Assembly (NCBI GenBank): GCA_050331235.1
Contig: JBHJHA010000037.1
Coordinates: forward strand, 1 to 58,357
Direction of reading: 5' to 3'
DNA length: 58,357 bases
Source: Leptolyngbyaceae cyanobacterium
GTDB lineage: Bacteria > Cyanobacteriota > Cyanobacteriia > Phormidesmidales > Phormidesmidaceae
The position numbers and the translations under genes are program-made. Positions 10,801 to 21,659 of this stretch are shown here, one piece after another; position 1 is the stretch's first letter; each line of letters opens with the position of its first letter. The notes below the pieces were generated by a model. It did not search any database. It was not told the DNA's origin and saw only the letters and a list, made by a program, of their open reading frames with translations.

Positions 10801-13800
10801 TAGAAATCGGCGATGGCGTGGGCTCTTGTGGCACCGCCGCCTGGCGTCGGGCTACCACTCTGGTGGCTGATATTGCGCAAGATCCGCTCTGGCGCGACTA
10901 TCGAGAGCTGGCGTTAAGTTTTGACCTGCGCGCCTGCTGGTCTTTTCCCATTACTGGCAGCGGCGGCCAGGTACTGGGCGTGTTTGGCATTTATACCCCC
11001 ACCAGCGGCTTCCCCCAAGCTGAGGAGCAGCAAACGATTGAACAAAATGTCTCCCTAGCCAGCATTGCCATCGAACGGCAACGGTCTGAGGTTGCGGTGA
11101 AAACCAGTGAGGCCCGGTTTCGGCAAATTGCTGAAACTGTTTGCGAAGGGTTTTATGTCGTAGACCTGGAAGCTTGGCACGACTCCTATTTCAATCCAGC
11201 CTTTACCGCCATTACGGGCTTTTCAGAAGCTGCGATTTGCCACGATCGCGACTTTTGGCTCAACCATATTCACCGGGACGATCGCGATCGCATTAACGAT
11301 ATTGTGCAGCGCGACCTTATGCAGGGCCTATCGTTTGATGAGGAGTATCGCTTTATTCGCCTGGATGGGGAAATTCGCTGGTTGCGCTCCCAATGTTTCC
11401 CGATTGTTAACCAAAATGGCATCGTCACTCGCATCATTGGCACGGTAGAAGATATTTCCGATCGCAAACAGGCCGAGGCAGCTCTACGGGAGAGCGAGCA
11501 GCGTTACGCCACCCTGGCAGAGTTGTCACCCAATGCCGTATACCGCTTTGATGCCCAGGGCCAATGTGTTTATGTCAATCCCCGTTGGTGCGAAATGACT
11601 GGGCGGACAGTGGAACAAGGCTACGGCGACGATTGGATTCAGGTACTCCATCCCGAAGATCGAGATCGGTTGCTGGCAGGCTTGCAGGAGGCGTTCGACC
11701 AGAGAACGTATCTGCGTAACCAAGGCCGACATCTACTCCCCGACGGCAGCGTAATCTGGTTTGATGCCCAGATTGCTCCCGAGCTCGACGAAAAGGGCTA
11801 TTTCCTGGGCTTTGTTGGGACTCTGACCGACATTACCGAAATCAAGCAAGCCGAATTTGCCCTGCGCGCCAGCGAAGCGCGCTTTAAGCGGTTGGCCGAA
11901 GCCTGCCCTGGCGTTATCTTTACCCTAGTGAGGGAGGCCGATGGTACGTTCCATTTTGAGTACCTTAGCCCAGCCTTTGAGGCACTGCACGAGATTCCAG
12001 TAGAAACCGCCTATCAAGATGCTGCGGTTGTTTTTAACCAGATTCATCCTGACGATCGCCCCGGCTACGAACAGGCCGCCCAGGAAAGCATCGGTACCCT
12101 ACAAACTTTCCACTACGAATGTCGCTTTGTGACACCATCGGGCCTGAAGTGGCTCCAGATCAGTACGCAACCGTCCCATCGCGAGGGACAACAGGTCACC
12201 GTTTGTTACGGCATAGCGCTAGAAATCACCCACCGTAAACAGGCCGAACTAGCCCTGAGGGTAAGTGAAGAGCGTTACACCACCCTGGTGGAAAACTCTC
12301 CCATCGGGGTCTTTCGCTTCGATCCTGCTGGTGAGTGTGTCTACGTCAATCCTCGCTGGTGTGAAATGACTGGGCGCACCTTAGCAACGGCTGGGGGCAA
12401 TCAATGGCCAGAAATTTTGCATCCCAATGATCGGGAACGGCTACTGGCAACCTGGAGGGCGGCCCTGGCTCAGCACACCAAATTTCGGGCCGAAGGTCGT
12501 CACATTCATACCGAGGGCAACATCGTTTGGTTTGACTGTCAGATGACGCCAGAGGTTGACCACCAGGGCAATTTATTGGGATATGTCGGCACCGTTTCTG
12601 ACATTACCGATCGCAAGCAAGCGGAGTTTGCCCTGCATAACCTCAACGCAGAACTGGAAGCTCGAGTGCACCAACGCACCCAAGAGCTAGCTCGATCGGA
12701 GCAAGATCTGCGCACCATCTTTAACAACGTTTACGACGCCATTTTCCTGCACGATCTGGATGGCACCATTATCGATATCAACGATCGCGCCATAGAACTG
12801 CTGGGGGCAACTCGTGAGCAGCTCGTGGGGGCCTTTGTTGCCGATATTTCCAGTCAAGACGCCCCCGTGGACGACCTTCCCCAAAAATTTCAACGGGCAC
12901 GGCAAGGAGAGTCACTACGGCTTGAATGGATAGGCCAACGATTGGACAATAACCACACGTTTGATCTTGAGGTGTCGGTCCGCCAGGTGACCCTGGGTGA
13001 GCAAACGGTCATCCTCGCCGGGGCCCGGGATATTAGCGATCGCAAACGCATCGAAGTTGCTCTAGCAGAAAGCGAAGCCAAATTTCGCCGCTTAGTAGAA
13101 GGAGCCAAAGACCTGATTTGGGCCTATGATGCCGATGCCAACTTTACCTATCTTTCACCTCAGTTTCAGACTTTATTTGGCTGGGAGCCCAGTGAATGGC
13201 TGGGTAAACCCGTTGCGGCGCTCGTCCATCCCGACGATTTGCCGGTCTTGCTGGCCGAATATCAGGGCCGGTTTAGCGGCAATGTCGCTCCTCAAGAATA
13301 TTCGCAATACCCCGAACTTCGCCATCGCCATCGGGACGGTCATTACATCTGGGTGAGAGTCAGCGGTACCCCCATACATAGCCCTGATGGTGATTTCTTG
13401 GGTGCCCAGGGAGTGCTGTCAGATATTAGCGATCGCAAACAGGCCGAAGCCGCCTTGCAGGAATCCCGCAACATGCTGGAACTCGTGCTGAATGCCATCC
13501 CGCAGCGGGTGTTTTGGAAAGATCGCCACTCAACATACCTCGGCTGCAACAGCCCCTTTGCCCATGACCATCAGCTCGCCCCGCCAGACATCGTGGGTAA
13601 AGTGGACACCGACTTCTATCAGGCTGAGCGCGCCTCACTCTATCAGCAAGAAGACCAACAAGTCATATCAACCCGAGCGGCCAAGCTGAACTACGAAGAG
13701 CTCTTGACCACCCCCCAAGGAGAGCAACTCTGGCTTAGAACCAGCAAAATTCCCCTGACCAATAGCCAAGGTGAAGTCGTCGGCATTTTGGGCTGTTACG

Positions 13801-16800
13801 AAGACATTACCGATCGCAAACAGGCGGAGCTGGCCCTACAGGAAAGCGAAGAGCGCCTACGGTTAGCCCTGCTGGCCGCCAACCAGGGGCTTTATGATCT
13901 CGATCTAACGACGGGTGAGGTCGTGGTCAGTCCCACATATGCCACCATGCTGGGCCATGACCCGGCCAACTTCCAGGAAACTTTTACCAAATGGCAACAG
14001 CGGATGCATCCCGCTGATCGCGAACGCATGGACCAGCACGTCAAGGCATATCTCACTGGTCAGATTCCTGAGTACTATGTGGAGTTTCGCCAGCAGTTGC
14101 CGGATGGTACCTACAAGTGGATTTTGTCGATGGCCAAAATTGTTGCCTGGGACGAAGCGGGGCAGCCCCAGCGAGTGATTGGTACCCATGCAGATATCCA
14201 GGAACGCAAACAGGCCGAAGCCGATTTGCAAGAATCCCGCAACATGTTGGAACTCGTGCTGAATGCCATCCCCCAGCGGGTGTTTTGGAAGGATCGAAAT
14301 TCGAAATTTTTAGGCTGTAATCCGGCCTTTGCCCATGATTATCGGCTAACCTCGGCTGACATCATTGGTAAAACGGATTCAGAACTTCCCTGGGCTGAAT
14401 GGGCCGAGCTCTACAATGGAGATGATCAAGAGATCATCAAAACTCAAACTCCTCGCCTCAACTACGAAGAACCAGGGACTAACTTTCAAGGAGAACCCAT
14501 CTGGCTTAGAACCAGCAAAATTCCCCTGACCAATAGCCAAGGTGAAGTCGTCGGCATTTTAGGCTGTTACGAAGACATTACCGATCGCAAACAGACGGAG
14601 CTGGCCCTACAGGAAAGCGAAGCGCGCTTTCGGCAAATTGCCAACAGCATCAACGAAGTCTTTTGGCTGACCACCCCTGACCACAAAATTTTGTACGTTA
14701 GCCCGGCTTATGAGCAGGTGTGGGGCCGTTCGGCTGAGGCGATTACTGCCGACTCTTGGCTCGAAAGCCTTCATCCCGACGACCGCGATCAGCTCCTCAC
14801 TCAGGTCGATGCCGCACTCCCCCAATTTCCTGCCGACTTGCTAAAGCCCAATTCGGAGGTGGAGTATCGTATTGTGCGACCCGATGGTACGGTGCGGTGG
14901 ATTCGCGATCGCGCCTTTCCCATTTATGACGACCAGGGCCAAATCTACCGCATCGCCGGAGTCGCCGAAGACATCACCGACCGTAAGTCCTTAGAGCAAG
15001 AACAGCAGCGTCTGCTCAGCATCTTGGAAGCCGCCCCCGACCACATCGGCCTAGCGACTCCGGATGGCACCGTCATTTGGAACAATCGCCAGGCCAAGCT
15101 GATTCGCGGCTTACCCCTAGATGCCGATGTCACACATTACCCCATTGAGAGCTATCACCCCCAGTGGGCTTTAGAAATCATTCAACAGGTCGGCCTACCC
15201 ACCGCCATGCAACAGGGGTTTTGGCTAGGCGAAACGGCGTTGCTCTCCGCAGACGACACTGAGATTCCGGTATCGCAATTTATCTTGGCTCACCGGGGGC
15301 CGACTGGCGAGGTCGAGTATCTCTCCACCATCATTCGCGACATCAGTCTGCTCAAGCAAGCTGAGCAGACCCTGCGGCAAACCAATACCGATCTCGAAAA
15401 CCGCATCGCCGAGCGCACAGCCGAGCTGCTTAGAGCCCGCGATGTTGCCGAAACGGCCAACCAGGCCAAGAGTATTTTTCTGGCGAATATGAGCCATGAG
15501 CTGCGCACCCCCCTCAATGCCATCCTCGGCTTTAGTCAGCTAATGGGCCGCGACCATACCCTGTCGAGTAAACACATCGAAAATCTGCAAGTCATCAACC
15601 GCAGCGGCGAACATCTGCTCGCCCTCATCAACGACATTCTGGAAATGTCGAAGATTGAAGCGGGGCAGGTGACCTTTAACCCAGAGCCCTTTGATCTGCC
15701 TCAGCTCTTAGCCAGCCTGATCGAAATGCTGCAGCTGAAAGCAGAGTCAAAAGGTTTAGCCTTGAGCCAAGTCAGCGGTTCTGAGGTGCCTCAATATATC
15801 TACACCGACAGCAATAAACTGCGTCAGGTGCTGCTCAATCTGGTCGGCAATGCCATTAAGTTTACGCAGAGAGGCTATGTGACCTTGCGGGTGACCCCGA
15901 CAGACCTGGCTGGCCAGCCCGTTCCCCCTCAGCTCTGCCACCATACAGCAGGGCTGGGACCCACGACAGCGCTCCAGTTTGAAGTGGAAGACAGCGGCGT
16001 AGGAATTGCCCCCGAAGAACTAAGTCAACTGTTTGAGCCGTTTGTGCAGACCGCCAGCGGTCGATTATCCCAAGAGGGGACGGGTCTTGGTTTGCCGATC
16101 AGCCAGCAATTTGTGCAGATGATGGGGGGTGACCTGACTGTGACCAGCCAGCCCCATGTCGGCTCGACCTTCGCCTTCACGGTTCCAGTGCAGCTAGTCA
16201 AGCCAGCAGCAGTTGAGCTATCGGAGGTGCCGCGGCGAGTCGTGGCGATCGCCCCCGCCCAACCCGCATATCGCATCTTAATCGTTGAAGACAACTGGGC
16301 CAATCGATTGCTGTTGCAAAATTTGCTGGCCGACCTGGGCTTCACGGTCAAAATGGCGGAGAACGGGCAAGATGCGATCGGCCACTGGCAGCATTGGCAG
16401 CCCCATCTGATTTTCATGGATATTCGGATGCCGGTGATGAACGGCTATGAAGCCACCCACATCATTCGCCAGCGGGAACAGGGGCAGCAGCAGGCAACTA
16501 AAATTATTTGCCTGACCGCAGGCATCTTTGAAGATGCTCACACTGACTTTGATGCCGCTGGATTTGATGACTGCATTTATAAGCCGATCCAGCAAAGGGA
16601 CGTTACTACGGCGATCGCCCAGCACCTCGGCGTGGAATTTCTGTACGAGACCGCAACTCCGGCCGCTCAGGCATCCTCAAATGCAGCTACGGTGGCCCTT
16701 ACCGCTGAGACGCTACAGGTTTTGCCCCAAAACTGGCTTGTCCAGTTTTACCAAGCGCTCATTGAGCTCAACCAGAGTCAAATGCTGGTGCTGATTGACA

Positions 16801-16907
16801 ACCTGCCCCCCGACCAGGCTGCCGTGGCCCAAGCATTGCGACACAAGGTGCGTGAATTTGACTTTGAGCCGCTGTTAGAGGCAATCAAAGTCATCGTCAA
16901 TCCGTAA
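7893..16907 (+). CDS. Giant hybrid sensor histidine kinase (degenerate N-terminal REC, about 17 PAS/PAC, 1 GAF, HisKA, HATPase, REC)
   Basis: 3004-aa ORF; repeated HPDD...DITDRK PAS/PAC modules, GAF (GSCGTAA), [38 protein letters not shown]. Confidence 0.93.
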   Translation: MTAPGPKVLFLLASSVEQERCQQLLAEAPTWQGAVISPGDVAATIGIAPEIVVMDRASDEAYWQTGQTGATSPLAVVWLLEDEDTWRSPADEPVAIYDYLYKSQLTAARLGLTIQNLWRQCHLQRQLDHCHHRDEVLDHAGVGTNQADASGRYIRVNQQFCTLLGYTEAELLQLTYQAVTHPDDLEAQVEIERQIFGGNLASHTFEKRYLTKAGDPVWARVTLSAIYDANHRPVSDLAVVEDINIRVSLEKQRHQAEADLKAQRDFLQVLLDHLPISLFVKQAHPDRFGEFVLVNSVCESFFGQQREQIIGKTDYDLFTAEQAAAFAEVDRQVMASQDTQTLEEVVDRPHVGLQTLHTVKVPIYDADQRPQYLLGISLDITAQRQAEHALRAHQQFVQRITENSPNAIYIYDLTQHRYTFVNREIYSLLGYAKEDVNEQMQGAALALMHPDEQEPLTQHLARLSTLSDGEFAEIEYRIRHKNGEWRWFLSRDRVFQRDEAGRVTQVLGNAQDITSIKQSQLALKESEALYSDMMCSLDSASVARFRVTAEGHWEREYQSPGCESVFGYTAAELCQDSTLWRSRVEATDLERVIDPLLDTFFDHRTATAEYRFHHGDGSLRWIASTYVLRYDETRHHWLVTAIAYDITDRKLTKHALVISEEQLRLALEFGHVALWDWDAATEQITWNPIGYEIFGYQEDEIELTYDFWRQCLHPDDRQAADASITQSIAEQRNLALEYRILRPDGTQRWIFDTGRGIYDDTGAFTRAIGIALDITDRKQAELERQQTTEELHRFLAVALDLLCIANVDGYFLRLNPAWEAALGYAIEELTQQPFIDFVHPDDVPSTLDAIAQLQAQQEIRNFVNRYRHREGSYRWLEWRSIPVGDLIYAAARDITDRQRTELRIRHQNALLAQIAKGEPLADILTALVQTIEQQLPSVLGSILLLDDNNRLRYGASHKLPAIYLNLFDGVEIGDGVGSCGTAAWRRATTLVADIAQDPLWRDYRELALSFDLRACWSFPITGSGGQVLGVFGIYTPTSGFPQAEEQQTIEQNVSLASIAIERQRSEVAVKTSEARFRQIAETVCEGFYVVDLEAWHDSYFNPAFTAITGFSEAAICHDRDFWLNHIHRDDRDRINDIVQRDLMQGLSFDEEYRFIRLDGEIRWLRSQCFPIVNQNGIVTRIIGTVEDISDRKQAEAALRESEQRYATLAELSPNAVYRFDAQGQCVYVNPRWCEMTGRTVEQGYGDDWIQVLHPEDRDRLLAGLQEAFDQRTYLRNQGRHLLPDGSVIWFDAQIAPELDEKGYFLGFVGTLTDITEIKQAEFALRASEARFKRLAEACPGVIFTLVREADGTFHFEYLSPAFEALHEIPVETAYQDAAVVFNQIHPDDRPGYEQAAQESIGTLQTFHYECRFVTPSGLKWLQISTQPSHREGQQVTVCYGIALEITHRKQAELALRVSEERYTTLVENSPIGVFRFDPAGECVYVNPRWCEMTGRTLATAGGNQWPEILHPNDRERLLATWRAALAQHTKFRAEGRHIHTEGNIVWFDCQMTPEVDHQGNLLGYVGTVSDITDRKQAEFALHNLNAELEARVHQRTQELARSEQDLRTIFNNVYDAIFLHDLDGTIIDINDRAIELLGATREQLVGAFVADISSQDAPVDDLPQKFQRARQGESLRLEWIGQRLDNNHTFDLEVSVRQVTLGEQTVILAGARDISDRKRIEVALAESEAKFRRLVEGAKDLIWAYDADANFTYLSPQFQTLFGWEPSEWLGKPVAALVHPDDLPVLLAEYQGRFSGNVAPQEYSQYPELRHRHRDGHYIWVRVSGTPIHSPDGDFLGAQGVLSDISDRKQAEAALQESRNMLELVLNAIPQRVFWKDRHSTYLGCNSPFAHDHQLAPPDIVGKVDTDFYQAERASLYQQEDQQVISTRAAKLNYEELLTTPQGEQLWLRTSKIPLTNSQGEVVGILGCYEDITDRKQAELALQESEERLRLALLAANQGLYDLDLTTGEVVVSPTYATMLGHDPANFQETFTKWQQRMHPADRERMDQHVKAYLTGQIPEYYVEFRQQLPDGTYKWILSMAKIVAWDEAGQPQRVIGTHADIQERKQAEADLQESRNMLELVLNAIPQRVFWKDRNSKFLGCNPAFAHDYRLTSADIIGKTDSELPWAEWAELYNGDDQEIIKTQTPRLNYEEPGTNFQGEPIWLRTSKIPLTNSQGEVVGILGCYEDITDRKQTELALQESEARFRQIANSINEVFWLTTPDHKILYVSPAYEQVWGRSAEAITADSWLESLHPDDRDQLLTQVDAALPQFPADLLKPNSEVEYRIVRPDGTVRWIRDRAFPIYDDQGQIYRIAGVAEDITDRKSLEQEQQRLLSILEAAPDHIGLATPDGTVIWNNRQAKLIRGLPLDADVTHYPIESYHPQWALEIIQQVGLPTAMQQGFWLGETALLSADDTEIPVSQFILAHRGPTGEVEYLSTIIRDISLLKQAEQTLRQTNTDLENRIAERTAELLRARDVAETANQAKSIFLANMSHELRTPLNAILGFSQLMGRDHTLSSKHIENLQVINRSGEHLLALINDILEMSKIEAGQVTFNPEPFDLPQLLASLIEMLQLKAESKGLALSQVSGSEVPQYIYTDSNKLRQVLLNLVGNAIKFTQRGYVTLRVTPTDLAGQPVPPQLCHHTAGLGPTTALQFEVEDSGVGIAPEELSQLFEPFVQTASGRLSQEGTGLGLPISQQFVQMMGGDLTVTSQPHVGSTFAFTVPVQLVKPAAVELSEVPRRVVAIAPAQPAYRILIVEDNWANRLLLQNLLADLGFTVKMAENGQDAIGHWQHWQPHLIFMDIRMPVMNGYEATHIIRQREQGQQQATKIICLTAGIFEDAHTDFDAAGFDDCIYKPIQQRDVTTAIAQHLGVEFLYETATPAAQASSNAATVALTAETLQVLPQNWLVQFYQALIELNQSQMLVLIDNLPPDQAAVAQALRHKVREFDFEPLLEAIKVIVNP
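13434..14622 (+). repeat. Internal PAS-module duplication (771-bp offset)
   Basis: 13730-13851 vs 14501-14622 differ at only 2 of 122 nt; 13434-13525 vs 14205-14296 are also near-identical. Confidence 0.85.
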
Positions 16908-16929
16908 TACTATTTCTGCCAATCACGAC

Positions 16930-17018
16930 TACCCATAGAGTCTTCAAAGCCCCTTTTTCAAGAGGGCAGCGACAGCGGGGGCTCTTCAAATCTGTAGCGC
17001 TATTACAGAGCATGGGTA
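16930..17018. repeat. Possible MITE/REP-like intergenic element
   Basis: Bounded by inverted TACCCAT...ATGGGTA with internal CCCTTTTTCAAGAGGG hairpin; lies between convergent genes. Confidence 0.35.
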
Positions 17019-17155
17019 CAACTCCCGCCCGTGCTTGCCAGTTGCGCCCTACCCCATGGCAACGATGACTCAACGGGGAATATCTTCAGGGCGCTGGCAT
17101 GTCCTCCAACTTTGAGGCACCGATTTATTCCACTGGCTGGGCAGAGGCTTCTCCC

Positions 17156-20100
17156 TTAGCTCACATGTGCGCCCAATTTTTGCAAACCGACACTGGCCGC
17201 CTGACTTAACCCCGTTGCCCCTTGAAGCTGCATTCCCTCATACAGGCGATCGCCTTTCAGTCTGTCAATCCATTGCTGCTGCGGAACCGACCATAGCCAC
17301 CCCGTACCGTCTTCACCACCAATGGCCAGAGTTGTTCCATCGGCACTCCAGCCGACCGTCCAGAGCAGACTGTCGGGATCAGTCAGCACCGTTTCACAAA
17401 CATGGGTACTGACATCCCAGATGCGGACGGTGCGATCGGTGCCCACCGAGACCAGTTTTTGCCCATCGGGGCTAAACTGCACACTCCAAACCCGATTGTT
17501 GTGTCCCTGCAAAATCCCCAGACATTCTCCTGAGGCGACTTGCCACAACCGAATCGTGCGATCTTCACTAGCGGAAACCACCAAAGTGCCCCTGGGATTA
17601 AACTGTAGCTGAGTAATACGGTCCTGGTGGCCGGCCAGCGTGAGACCTAGCTCCCCGGTGGTAAGGTTCCACAGTCGGAGGGTTTGATCTTCGCTACCTG
17701 ACGCCAACCACTGCCCATCAGGGCTAAACTGCAGGGTCATGACATCACTGGCGTGGGCCTGCCAGGATTGTAAGCAATATTGAGTAACGGGATGCCAAAG
17801 ACAAATCGCTGCGTCAGCGCCCCCACTGGCTAGTAGATTGCCATCCGGACTCCAGGCCACCGTCCAGATGCGGTCATGGTGGTGCCCACGCAAACCGTGT
17901 AGGTGGTTGCCCTGGGAGACATTCCAGATATGGACCCAACCATCTTCACCACTAGATGCGAGCCGTTCTCCGTCGGGACACCAAGCGACCTGCCACACCT
18001 GCCGCTGGTGCCCTTTTAGTCGTCGCCTAGGGACGCCAGGGCCCCAACCCCAGAGCCACAAGCTGCCGTCTTGATGACCTGAGACTAGCGCAGGGCGGCC
18101 AGTGCTTAAAGAGTCCGCACCTGGCGAGACGATGGGGCTCCAAGCGACACTCCAGACGCTGGTGGTGTAGCCCTGTAAAAACATGAGGCTATGGCCCGAC
18201 CGGGTATCCCACAGCCGCAGGACTTGATCAATCCCGCCAGACGCCAGCAGGGGTTGCTGGGGATGCCAGCAGAGGGCCGAAACACCGGTCGGGTGCGCGT
18301 CCCAGACTTTTGTCGGGTTGCCCGTAGCAACTTCCCACAGGCGAATGGAGCGATCGCGGCTGCCGCTGGCTAGAGACCGACTATCGGGGCTAAATTGCAA
18401 ATCCCAAATCCACTCGGTATGACCGTGCAAGATTTTGGTGGCGCGATCGGCCTGAGGCTGCCACAGGCAAACAATACCGTCTTCTCCCCCGCTGGCAATC
18501 CATCGCCCATCGGGGCTCCAGTCCACCGCCCAAAGACTGTCGCTGTGACCTAAATAGGCGTGGCTTTCCCCCGTGGCGATCGCCCAAAGCCTTACCGAGC
18601 CATCAGCGCTGGCCGAGGCCAGCGTCTGACCATCAGGACTAAAGCAGACGGAGCGCACGCTATCAGTATGTCCTCGCCACACCTCTCGCGGGGCTCCCGT
18701 ACTGGCTTCCCATAGGCGGACCGTGTGATCTTCGCTGCCGGTTGCCAGCAGCAGGCCATTGGGGTGCCAACTCACCGACATGACCAAATTTTGATGACCG
18801 ACTAGGGTAGCAATGGCTTGACCGGTGCCAACATTCCATAGGCCCACACTGCCATCCATACTGGCACTGGCCAAACGCTGACCATCGGGGCTCCAGCTGA
18901 TCGACATAACCCGGCTGCTATGCCCACGAAAGAGTAGCTGAGTCTGGAGATCTGTAATACGATGCAGCCGCACCGTGCCGCTGCTGTCCCCCATGGCCAA
19001 ACATTCACCATCGGGGCTAAAGCTCAACGCCAGCACAATGCCAAAAACATCAGCAAAGCGGCTTTGGTGAAAGTGGGCTCCATTGAATTTCACCCGATGT
19101 AGGGGGGTTGCCTGTAAATAGGCCTGCCAGATGGGTAGGCCAGAAAAGTCATAGCCGGTCAAGTCCACCCCGAGGTCACTCAACAGGTCAATGCAGTTAC
19201 CGGTGCCATAGCCCTGCTGCGCCCATTGTTCTAGCGGACGCAATTGGTTTAGCACTGTCTGTAGTTGCTGCTCTAGAACCGCCAAGGAACTGCACCCACG
19301 GCGTAAGCGCTGCACCAAAGGCTGCAGAATCAGGCGGACTTGCACCTGGCGAATGTAGTCCCGAACGGTCGTTTTTACCAGGGCATATCGGCTAATCATG
19401 GGCAACCGCAGCCCGGCCAGAGAGCAGTTTTGGGCGTCTAGCTGGGGCAGGGACGTTGCGCCTACCAGCTCGTTATACAGTCCATCCAGCAACTGCTCCA
19501 ACACGTAATCCATAATTACTGGGAGCTGGCTGTAGCGATCGCCCTGATGCTCAACCAAAGAGCGCCAGTGCAAAGTCTCCAGGGCCTGCAGCACCTCGCG
19601 GTCAGGAACTGCCGGGAGTAAGTCGGCTACCAATTCATCGACCCGGGTCCCCTCTCGATTGATGGTCAACCAGTAACAAAGCGATCGCTCGAGCTCTGAA
19701 AGCCGCTGAAACTGCTTGTCGAGTAGCCAGCGGACCCCACCAAATATCCGCACTTCTTGGGCTAAAAACAATTCCAAATCGCCGCCATACAGATCGTGAA
19801 TGGACGCTGCGATGATTTTCAACACCAAAGGGTTGTGGTCATACTGCTGACTTAGGCGTTGTTGCTGCGCCTCACTCCCGATCAGCCCTTTGGCGGCCAA
19901 TATTCCTTGACCCACAGCAACGGAACCCGTTAGCGGCAAAAGCCGCACCGCACCATCCACGGTGCGGGTTGTCGCGATCGCTACGGGTTGCTCACGGCTG
20001 GTGATGATCAAGCAGCTCGCATGCTGAGCGCCCCCGACGGCCTGTAGCAGGTCGCTATAAAGCTCACAATTGGGTCGGTATTGACCATCGGCGCATTCCG

Positions 20101-20788
20101 CCTGTAGCACCGCATCAAAATTGTCTAATACGACTAAACAACGTTGATGGCGCAGCTGCTGCATCAACGTGGCCAAGGTGGGCGGCAGAGACTGTTGGCC
20201 TGACGAAAAGGTCACAAGTTCCTGCAGCAGTAGCTCGGGGGGCGGCACCTGACGCAGCGATCGCCAGATGACGACATCAAATAGGGGGGCAATCTGGCGG
20301 GCCAGTTGCGCTACCAGCGCCGTCTTGCCCACGCCGGCCTGACCCAATACAGTCAGAACCCGACAGCCCAAATGCACCCATTGCGTTAACTGATGAAGTT
20401 CTTGCTCTCGACCGTAAAAGGAATCGCCATCCGGGGCGGTGCCCCAGTCAGTACGAGGCAGAGGCGGCTGTACCGCCGGAGTAGCAGGTTCCTGAACGGC
20501 GGGCGGGCGAGGATAATCTAAGTCATCGGGTTGCAAGGGCACCTGAAACGCAGAGAAACAGAGTTCTAGCGTGCTGAGATCAACGCAGGACTGACGTTTC
20601 AGGACCTTCCTAACGGTTTTTGGTGCAATCCGAATGTAGTTTCCCAATTCCTGCAGGTTTAGTCGCCGCCCTTCAAATTGGCGTTTTTCGACAACCCGAA
20701 TGGCCGCCCGCAGGCGTGTGATGCCACGGGAGGAGAGGATAGCCCCCCGCTGGCGACGTGGAGCTATTTCAGAAGTTGGTTCAGTCAT
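17156..20788 (-). CDS. STAND (NB-ARC/NACHT-like) NTPase with N-terminal HTH-like region and C-terminal WD40 repeats
   Basis: FYGRE, Walker A GQAGVGKT, Walker B LVVLDN, ITSRE; numerous GH...W.P/FSPDG...LAS.S.D..V.LW repeats. Confidence 0.92.
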   Translation of the reverse strand: MTEPTSEIAPRRQRGAILSSRGITRLRAAIRVVEKRQFEGRRLNLQELGNYIRIAPKTVRKVLKRQSCVDLSTLELCFSAFQVPLQPDDLDYPRPPAVQEPATPAVQPPLPRTDWGTAPDGDSFYGREQELHQLTQWVHLGCRVLTVLGQAGVGKTALVAQLARQIAPLFDVVIWRSLRQVPPPELLLQELVTFSSGQQSLPPTLATLMQQLRHQRCLVVLDNFDAVLQAECADGQYRPNCELYSDLLQAVGGAQHASCLIITSREQPVAIATTRTVDGAVRLLPLTGSVAVGQGILAAKGLIGSEAQQQRLSQQYDHNPLVLKIIAASIHDLYGGDLELFLAQEVRIFGGVRWLLDKQFQRLSELERSLCYWLTINREGTRVDELVADLLPAVPDREVLQALETLHWRSLVEHQGDRYSQLPVIMDYVLEQLLDGLYNELVGATSLPQLDAQNCSLAGLRLPMISRYALVKTTVRDYIRQVQVRLILQPLVQRLRRGCSSLAVLEQQLQTVLNQLRPLEQWAQQGYGTGNCIDLLSDLGVDLTGYDFSGLPIWQAYLQATPLHRVKFNGAHFHQSRFADVFGIVLALSFSPDGECLAMGDSSGTVRLHRITDLQTQLLFRGHSSRVMSISWSPDGQRLASASMDGSVGLWNVGTGQAIATLVGHQNLVMSVSWHPNGLLLATGSEDHTVRLWEASTGAPREVWRGHTDSVRSVCFSPDGQTLASASADGSVRLWAIATGESHAYLGHSDSLWAVDWSPDGRWIASGGEDGIVCLWQPQADRATKILHGHTEWIWDLQFSPDSRSLASGSRDRSIRLWEVATGNPTKVWDAHPTGVSALCWHPQQPLLASGGIDQVLRLWDTRSGHSLMFLQGYTTSVWSVAWSPIVSPGADSLSTGRPALVSGHQDGSLWLWGWGPGVPRRRLKGHQRQVWQVAWCPDGERLASSGEDGWVHIWNVSQGNHLHGLRGHHHDRIWTVAWSPDGNLLASGGADAAICLWHPVTQYCLQSWQAHASDVMTLQFSPDGQWLASGSEDQTLRLWNLTTGELGLTLAGHQDRITQLQFNPRGTLVVSASEDRTIRLWQVASGECLGILQGHNNRVWSVQFSPDGQKLVSVGTDRTVRIWDVSTHVCETVLTDPDSLLWTVGWSADGTTLAIGGEDGTGWLWSVPQQQWIDRLKGDRLYEGMQLQGATGLSQAASVGLQKLGAHVS

Positions 20789-21659
20789 TCACAATTTGCC
20801 GCATAGGAAACAGTAACGGGCCGACTTGAGGGCTCACCATTCAGTGCTCAGCAGTGATGGCGTCCGGAAATCATTCTATAAACGGTTTCGAATGATCGAG
20901 GCTGCCTGCCAAGCTTGATTCTGAAAAGTTGTCTTGACTTAAAAGGGTCCCTAAGAGGGCAATAACGCCTAAGGGGATAAATGCACTCATTGATACTATC
21001 GGTAGGAGGAGCGATCGACTTTAAGGTTTCCTAAAGCAACGTTAGGGATCTTTTTCACCAAGTAAAATTTCACGGATTATATGTTTTGTTGTCTTATTCA
21101 GGAAATTTTTAATAGGAATGTATCTCAACTTCACTAACCCATTGAAGTAAGATACGCCCCGATAAATCCGGCTCAAATATCCTCACATTTCTGCCCCTTA
21201 GGTCAAAGGTTTATGACAATAATTTGCAGTAGTCAAGACCCAAAATCGCCACCAATTTGTCCGATCGCAGCTTTGATATGGGTCGGCCTGAAATGACTGG
21301 ACCCACGAATCAGCCTGGCAATCTGTGAATCTACTGAGGTGTCTATAGGCTCGCAACCGCGCGCGCTTTTTTACCGATGGAATACAGTTCACTAATATTA
21401 AGAATTTTTGATGTTTAAAGGAGTCAACGGCTTGATATTGCTCCAGAATAGTTTGAACGTTGTTCAAATTTTGATGCTGCTCAGCAGTGACAGGGTAACT
21501 TAGGATTACTGACCGGAGCTCTAGTCAAGATGTAGAGCTGATAAAGTTACCCCGTTTGATTTTGTGTTTCTCAGTAGTTTTCCCGAAGACTGTCGTTCAA
21601 GTTAAATCACGGTATTGGCCAAACTCGAGCTTTTGTAAACCGCAGTAATCAAATATACG

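Noticed and set aside
13434..14622. Template/variable repeat pair of a diversity-generating retroelement
   Set aside because: No reverse transcriptase in the window, both copies are coding, and the differences are not confined to adenines.
8259..16794. Numerous 60-130-aa ORFs overlapping the giant kinase (and similar shadow ORFs elsewhere)
   Set aside because: Antisense or alternate-frame shadows of long, motif-rich genes.
21198..21467. 89-aa minus-strand ORF in the divergent intergenic region
   Set aside because: TTG start and no motif; cannot be supported.
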